From Nitrosopumilaceae archaeon (GTDB lineage Archaea; Thermoproteota; Nitrososphaeria; Nitrososphaerales; Nitrosopumilaceae), in assembly GCA_965203465.1 (NCBI GenBank), contig CBDBCR010000003.1, positions 64,001 through 128,000 on the forward strand: 64,000 nt of DNA. Reading direction: 5' to 3'. A program made the position numbers and the translations under genes. Of this stretch, positions 58,587 to 64,000 are shown piece after piece. The notes under the pieces are model-generated. The model was not told the DNA's origin and ran no database searches. It was given only the letters and a program-made list of their open reading frames with translations. The stretch's first letter is position 1; every line of letters begins with the position of its first letter.

Positions 58587-58998
58587 CCATTAGAGCGGCG
58601 CGCGCGGCCGGCGGCTCCGATTCCGGAGTCGTGGCCGTCGGTGCGCCAAAGCTCCGCCGCGGAGTCCGGGCGCGCGCGGCACCGCATCCGCCCCGCACAA
58701 ACAGCGCGCCGTGGCCAACCGCGCATTCGATCTTTGGTTGCGCAAGCGGCCGAGACTGCCGATCCGGCGTTTTCCGCGCCGCGGCGGCGAGCGCAGGCGC
58801 CCGGACAAAAGCTCAGGCACCGCCTGCGCTTTGGCCCGACGGCGGCCGCGGCAGGATAGGCGTTGCCGGAATTGCGCCGTTTCCGATCGCGGCGCCGTGC
58901 GTGCGCGGCTTCGCGCCGTCCCCGGCTTCCCGCCGTTTGGTGGGCCTTCCGGCCGCGCGAGCCGGTCCGGGAATGCACCCGCGGCACGATCCCGCCCG

Positions 58999-59904
58999 TC
59001 ACAGCATGCCGCACTCTCGCAGCGTTTCGGCCTTTCTGGGCTTTTTCGTGCCCGTCTCCATGGTGGTAGAATGGATGAGGTCGATCGATTTCCAGTCGGG
59101 TACGTCAAAGGGCTCTTTGATTTTGCCCTCTATGGTTTCTTTGAACGACTCGTTTATCTCGACTCCCAGGCCCCTGCGGTTCATCGCGTTGGCCACCTTT
59201 AGCGTCGTGCCGCCGCCCAAGAACGGATCGAAGACGAGGTCGCCCTCGTCGGTCATGGTGTGGATCATCAGCGACACCAGCTCTTCGGGGTAAGACGCCA
59301 TGTGGTAGTTCATCGACTTTACGTTGGGCGGGCGGTACGCCGGGATTCGTATTATGTTCCCGAGGCACCTACCCCCGGGGTTCATCTTGTGCTTTCTGGG
59401 ATCCGCGTCGCGGTATTTGTTCGGCACGCGGGGCTTGTGGAACGTGTAGCCGCAGTCCCCGTCCTTTGCAAACACGAGCAGGAATTCGTACTTGTTGTCG
59501 AACAGCCTCTCCGCGTACGAGCAGGGCTGGGGCAACGCGTTGGGGATGTACCATACCAGCGTGTCCCACAATTCCCATTTGCGCATCTTGGCGCGTATGT
59601 CGAACCCGAGCGGGTAGTATTTCTTCTTGTGCCTCCTGTTTCCCACGTTGAGGACGAAGAGGCAATCGTCCTTGGCCACGCGGTAGCACTCGTCCCACAC
59701 GCGGTTGAGATCTTCCAGGTACTCGTCGTATCCCGAAAGCCCGATCTGCCCGCTGTGGCCGTAGTCTTTCAGGTTCCAGTACGGCGGGCTCGTCATTATG
59801 AAGTCCACGGTCTTATCTTTGATGCGCGGGACGCTCCTCGAATCCCCGAAAAGCACCGTCTGGTCGCGTATCTTTACGCCGTCGGCGATTCCGATCCGTG
59901 CCAC
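58999..59904 (-). CDS. Beta-class amino-DNA methyltransferase (N6_N4_Mtase, SPPY type), no cognate REase adjacent
   Basis: TSPPY precedes VFDPFLGGGTT; GTG 59904 follows TTTAAC. Confidence 0.9.
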   Translation of the reverse strand: MARIGIADGVKIRDQTVLFGDSRSVPRIKDKTVDFIMTSPPYWNLKDYGHSGQIGLSGYDEYLEDLNRVWDECYRVAKDDCLFVLNVGNRRHKKKYYPLGFDIRAKMRKWELWDTLVWYIPNALPQPCSYAERLFDNKYEFLLVFAKDGDCGYTFHKPRVPNKYRDADPRKHKMNPGGRCLGNIIRIPAYRPPNVKSMNYHMASYPEELVSLMIHTMTDEGDLVFDPFLGGGTTLKVANAMNRRGLGVEINESFKETIEGKIKEPFDVPDWKSIDLIHSTTMETGTKKPRKAETLRECGML

Positions 59905-59996
59905 GCAACTGCGAGCGGCGGCAAAGTTAAAGGCTTTTCGAGCGGCCCGCTCCCGGCGGGGGCCGGCCCGCGGGTTGGAAAAAAGAAAGGGGCGCC

Positions 59997-60254
59997 TCAG
60001 GGGCAGCCTTCCATCTTTTGGATGAAATACCCGTCCTTGGAGATGGCCTCGGACACGGGCTCGGGGGCGCCCTGCGAGTGGCAAAACTGGCACTCTTCGG
60101 TCGTCACCTGGGACTCGGCCTCCCCTATGGATGCGAGCCACTTTTTGGCGTACGAGATGGCCTTTTCGTGATCCTGCTCGCCGGTGATCACGTCAAAGTG
60201 CATCGTGTGGCCGTCCTTGGCCTTTACGTACGTGTCGTACACGTGTACTTCCAT
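59997..60254 (-). CDS. DUF2024-family protein
   Basis: VHVYDTYVKAKDGHTMHFDVI...ECQFCH...GYFIQKMEGCP. Confidence 0.85.
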   Translation of the reverse strand: MEVHVYDTYVKAKDGHTMHFDVITGEQDHEKAISYAKKWLASIGEAESQVTTEECQFCHSQGAPEPVSEAISKDGYFIQKMEGCP

Positions 60255-60280
60255 TGCCCCGGCCCGCCCCCGGGCCGTAT

Positions 60281-60697
60281 TTATTTCAAGTCCGGCTTGC
60301 CGCCTATTGGAATCTCCCGGGCAGAATCCCCTTCCAGCACGAAGGCGCGCGTAGAGCCGTCGAGCCCCGAGTATATGAGCCATGGCACCGGGTTTATCCT
60401 CATGTATTCGACATCGGTGCCCGAGGGCAGCGCCGGCGAGGCCGGGTGGGAGTGGAATATGCCCACCACGTCGAGGCCGTCGGATTCGGCGCGCGCGTAC
60501 GCCGAGATCAGCTCTTGGGCCGGCACCGAAAAGCGGTCCGGCGAGGCCTCCGCGTTGGCGACCGCCACCAGGCCCGATACGTGGGCGTCGGCGCCGCGCA
60601 CCCGCCCGCAGAGCAGCGCGCACGATTCGTTTGGCGAGCAGGCGCGCGCGTGCTCTGCGAGCGATTCCAAGTGCCCGGGCGATATGCGCACGCGCAA
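60281..60697 (-). CDS. JAB/MPN+ (Mov34) metalloprotease
   Basis: PNESCALL, VVGIFHSHPASPALPSGTD. Confidence 0.92.
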   Translation of the reverse strand: MRVRISPGHLESLAEHARACSPNESCALLCGRVRGADAHVSGLVAVANAEASPDRFSVPAQELISAYARAESDGLDVVGIFHSHPASPALPSGTDVEYMRINPVPWLIYSGLDGSTRAFVLEGDSAREIPIGGKPDLK

Positions 60698-60698
60698 C

Positions 60699-61859
60699 CT
60701 ACGACACGGAGACCGAGCCCGTCATCCACGGGTGCAGTATGCAAAAGTAGTCGTACTCGCCCGGCTCCGAGAACGTCCACTCGAACGTGGCGTCGGGCGC
60801 CATGATCCCCGAGTCGAACAGGGATCCCACGTCGCCGCCCGGCGTGCCCGACGTGACGGTGTGCGCGGCGACGTCGTAGTTGTGCCACGCGACGGTGGTG
60901 CCCGCCCCCACCGCGGCCGACTCTGGCACGTAGAACTCTTTTTCGGGATCGGGCAGCGACGAGTCCAGCGGGATCGAGACTTCCAGCGTGGCGCCGCCGT
61001 CCGCGCCCTGCGCGGCGTCGCTCCCGCCGATGTCCGCGCCCGATATCGTCAGCACCGACTCCATCCACGGGTGCACCAGGCAAAAGTACTCGTACTCGCC
61101 CTCGCCCACGTCGGCCGCCAGCATGCTGTAGCTGTCGCCCGCGGCCACCAGGCCCGTGTCGAATATCTGGCCGTTGGTCTCCTTGTCGGTGGCGGTGTGT
61201 ATCACGGCGTCCTCGTTCACCCACGTCACCAGGCCCCCGACGGCGACCGCCGCGTCGTCCGGATCGTAGTCCGGAGTGCCGCTGATCGAGGATCCCTCGA
61301 GCATGCGTATCACCGTCTCGGGCAGATCCGCGGGCGGCTGCTCGGCCGGAACAGGCACCTCTTCGGGCTCGGCCGCCGCCTCGGCCGGCTCCGCCTCTTG
61401 GGCGAGCAGGTACGGCGACGGGCCGACCATCCCGAACGCCACGAACGCGGCGATGCCGGCCACCGAGCCGAGCACGAATATGGCCGAGACGGGCCGGATC
61501 ACCTGCGAGTGCTTCATGGCCACGTACGCGATGATGACGGCCGGCGCGGCGATGGCCATCAGTATACCCGCGAACGTGGCCAGCGTGCTGACCGTGTTGA
61601 GCGTGAACGCGTAGGCGCCGAAGCCCAGGGCTATGGACAGTATCACTAGGACCGTTGCCTTTGCCCTGTTGCTGGTAGAGACGCCCCCGTCGAGTATCCC
61701 CACGGACAGTATTATCAGGCCTATGAACATGGTCAGGCCGGCCAGCGCGTGCATGCCGTCGATGAACGTGTGGGCTATCTCGGCGTAGGCCAGCACCACG
61801 CCGGCCAGGCCGATTGATGTAAGGCCCATCCCTGGCATCATCAGATCCCAGTTGCTCAT
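60699..61859 (-). CDS. Multi-TM membrane protein with two C-terminal type-1 blue copper (cupredoxin) domains
   Basis: About five TM helices, then HTAT..FDTG..YFCLVHPWM and HTVT..FDSG..YFCILHPWM. Confidence 0.9.
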   Translation of the reverse strand: MSNWDLMMPGMGLTSIGLAGVVLAYAEIAHTFIDGMHALAGLTMFIGLIILSVGILDGGVSTSNRAKATVLVILSIALGFGAYAFTLNTVSTLATFAGILMAIAAPAVIIAYVAMKHSQVIRPVSAIFVLGSVAGIAAFVAFGMVGPSPYLLAQEAEPAEAAAEPEEVPVPAEQPPADLPETVIRMLEGSSISGTPDYDPDDAAVAVGGLVTWVNEDAVIHTATDKETNGQIFDTGLVAAGDSYSMLAADVGEGEYEYFCLVHPWMESVLTISGADIGGSDAAQGADGGATLEVSIPLDSSLPDPEKEFYVPESAAVGAGTTVAWHNYDVAAHTVTSGTPGGDVGSLFDSGIMAPDATFEWTFSEPGEYDYFCILHPWMTGSVSVS

Positions 61860-62017
61860 CCTGCCACGTTTCACGCCCGTAGATACTTAATCCTTTGGAA
61901 GCGCGCTAGCCCCCGGCCGGTCGTGCCTAGCGGCCGGAGGCACCCGGGCCGTACGGGCCCCGCCCAGGAGCGCGGCCTGGTGCCACGAAGCGGCCCGCCG
62001 ATCCCGGCGGAGCAGAG

Positions 62018-63100
62018 CTACCCGGGCGCTTCCGCGATCGCGCCCGCCTCTTCGAGCAGGCCGGCTATGTGCGAGTAGATGTGGCCGGCCATGACGCGGT
62101 TCCCGTCGCCCGAAAGGTGCACGTGGTCGGTAAAGACCGGGCCTGCAGAGTCGAGCGCCCGGCGCAGGTCGGCCACCACGTCGCACCCGCCCATGTCGAG
62201 GTGCCCCGCCATGATCTCCATCTGGGCCAGACTGCTCGGAAACTCGACCCCGCGCGGCGAGTTGCGCGCGTCGGCCGCCGGCTGCAGAAACACGGCCGTC
62301 TTGAAGCCGAGCTCGCCGCCGAGCCTGCAGATGCCGGCGATGCGCTCCTGCCAGACCAGCGCCCTGCCATCAGACGGCTCCACCGAGTGGACGGGGGGGG
62401 CGCCCGAGATCGCTTCCCAGACCTGCTTTCGCGCGTGCCCCAGCGCTTCCCTGGTCTTGGACGTCCACTCGGCGCGCGGATCCTGCTCCGCCGGCGCCGC
62501 CCCAGCCAGGTGCGCGCGGTGCGACACGCCCGGGTTGTCCGGCAGCCGGCCCGCGTCGTTGTACCCGCCGTACACCACCACCAGGTCCGGCCCGATCCCG
62601 GGCAGGGCGTTCTCTGCCAGCCACAGCTCCGTAAACGACGTTCCGCTCGGTATCCCCGCGTTGATCACCTCGATCCGGCCGCCCAGCATCCCCTGCAGGT
62701 GCGCAGGGATGGTCTCGGAGTCTGGCACGCCGGATCCAAAGACGGTCGAGCCGCCCAGCACCGCGATCCTGTACGCGCCGTCCGGCTTCGGCACCTCTAT
62801 CTCCGGGCCCCTGAACCCGTGGCCGTTTATGCTGACCGTCGCCAACTCCTGGCCCGGCACCAGGAGGCGTGGCATCTGCGGGTACCCGTAGTCCTGGCTG
62901 TACCGGATCGCCATGTGATCGTCGCAGACCTGCTTGCGCAGGCCTATCGGCATCGAGGCCGCAGATACGGGGCTGTTGGTGACATCGCACTCGGTGACCG
63001 CCAGGGCGTAGTGCGCCCAGAGCGCGCCCTCCGCGGCTGCAAAGACGGTGGCCACGACCATGGCCGTCAGCACGCCCTGCTTCCAGTACGGCACCATCAC
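62018..63100 (-). CDS. SGNH/GDSL-family hydrolase/acyltransferase, membrane-anchored
   Basis: INGHGFRGPE, RIAVLGGSTVFG, EVINAG, YGGYND, FTDHVH. Confidence 0.88.
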   Translation of the reverse strand: MMVPYWKQGVLTAMVVATVFAAAEGALWAHYALAVTECDVTNSPVSAASMPIGLRKQVCDDHMAIRYSQDYGYPQMPRLLVPGQELATVSINGHGFRGPEIEVPKPDGAYRIAVLGGSTVFGSGVPDSETIPAHLQGMLGGRIEVINAGIPSGTSFTELWLAENALPGIGPDLVVVYGGYNDAGRLPDNPGVSHRAHLAGAAPAEQDPRAEWTSKTREALGHARKQVWEAISGAPPVHSVEPSDGRALVWQERIAGICRLGGELGFKTAVFLQPAADARNSPRGVEFPSSLAQMEIMAGHLDMGGCDVVADLRRALDSAGPVFTDHVHLSGDGNRVMAGHIYSHIAGLLEEAGAIAEAPG

Positions 63101-64000
63101 GCGTCGCCCGCCCGCCGCACGGCGAACCCACCCATCACCAGCGCGTCCATGTCCGTGCCCTTTAGCATCGCGCAGGCCTCGCCCGGCCCGTTGACTATGG
63201 GCTCGCCGGCCACGTTCATCGACGTGTTGAGCACCACGGGCACGCCCGTGATCCGGCAGAATTCCGAGATGAGCGAGTGGAACTGGGGGTTCTGCCCCGG
63301 CGAGACCGTCTGCACCCTCGCGGTGCCGTCCACGTGCGTCACGGCCGGGATCCTGTCGGGCCGGAGCACGCGCACCACCATCGACATGTGCGGGCTGGGC
63401 GCGCCGAGATCAAAGTACTCGGCGGCGCGATCTTCCAGGACGCTGGGCGCGAACGGCCGGAACTCCTCCCTGCCCTTGATCCGCGAGTTTATCGCGTCCC
63501 TCGTCTCGGCCCTGCGCGGATCGGCGACGATGCTCCGGTTGCCCAGCGCGCGCGGCCCGTACTCGGACCTGCCCTGGAACCACCCCACGATCAGCCCGTC
63601 AGAGACCATGCGGGCCGCCCCGGCCGCGGTGCACTCTTCGTACCTGACGCCCCCGGCGCCCTTTAGGAACTCCAGTATCTGCCCGTCCGAAAACGACGGG
63701 CCCAGGTACGGCCCCGAATCGGCGTGCCCGCGCGGGGCGCACCACTGGGCGCACCCGGCCGCGCTCCCGCCGTCGCCCGGCGAGACTGGCACGTGCACCG
63801 CCTCGAACGGGCCCTCCTTGAGCACGCGCGCGTTGGCCGCGCCGTTGAGCGCGACGCCGCCGCCGAGGCAGAGCCTGCTCATGCCGGTGCGCTCGCGCAC
63901 GTGCCGGGCCATGCGGAGCACCACCTCCTCGAGCGCCTTTTGCGCGCTGGCCGCCACGTCCCTGTGCGCTTCCAGCACCGGGCCGCCCGGCTCCCTCGGG
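63097..64000 (-). CDS. NodU/CmcH-type O-carbamoyltransferase (5' part beyond window)
   Basis: GGVALN, GDGG, GWFQGRSEYGPRALGNRS, KGREEFRPFAP, HVDGTARVQ, LNTSMN. Confidence 0.92.
   Translation of the reverse strand, partial: PREPGGPVLEAHRDVAASAQKALEEVVLRMARHVRERTGMSRLCLGGGVALNGAANARVLKEGPFEAVHVPVSPGDGGSAAGCAQWCAPRGHADSGPYLGPSFSDGQILEFLKGAGGVRYEECTAAGAARMVSDGLIVGWFQGRSEYGPRALGNRSIVADPRRAETRDAINSRIKGREEFRPFAPSVLEDRAAEYFDLGAPSPHMSMVVRVLRPDRIPAVTHVDGTARVQTVSPGQNPQFHSLISEFCRITGVPVVLNTSMNVAGEPIVNGPGEACAMLKGTDMDALVMGGFAVRRAGDA

Noticed and set aside
60699-61859. Double-cupredoxin membrane protein as a novel system
   Set aside because: Such blue copper proteins are common in ammonia-oxidising archaea

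Overview
High-GC archaeal chromosome segment, most likely Nitrososphaerota (Thaumarchaeota, Nitrosopumilaceae-like). Markers for this are TATA boxes about 25-30 nt before start codons, CFI-box-CTERM proteins, mqnD, PduO, double-cupredoxin and DUF2024 genes, and an S10/spc ribosomal cluster lacking rpl2 and ending at rpl6. A host-associated, Cenarchaeum-like lifestyle is an inference. Positions 1-21171 hold one uninterrupted minus-strand gene of more than 7057 codons that the ORF track omits because its stop lies outside the window. It encodes a giant secreted repeat protein with three hypervariable Cys-pair cassettes. Positions 21.2-42.5 kb are an accessory region containing: a Panacea/YwgA-like + antitoxin + RelE triplet; IS66-type relics; a tandemly duplicated two-gene surface module (beta-helix protein + CFI-box-anchored solute-binding-like protein) with poly-G tracts, one copy being out of frame at a G12 tract; an IS5-like element; a possible ADP-ribosyltransferase; a truncated integrase; and a coupled pair of STAND-like ATPases. 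Positions 42.6-64 kb are mostly housekeeping: a 4x Cache protein, SSB, PduO, tRNA-Phe, tRNA-Asn, 15 ribosomal protein genes plus rnp1 (rpl24 carries a perfect 16x15-bp repeat), an orphan DNA methyltransferase, JAB, cupredoxin, SGNH and carbamoyltransferase genes. All family calls come from motif recognition by eye; no searches were run.
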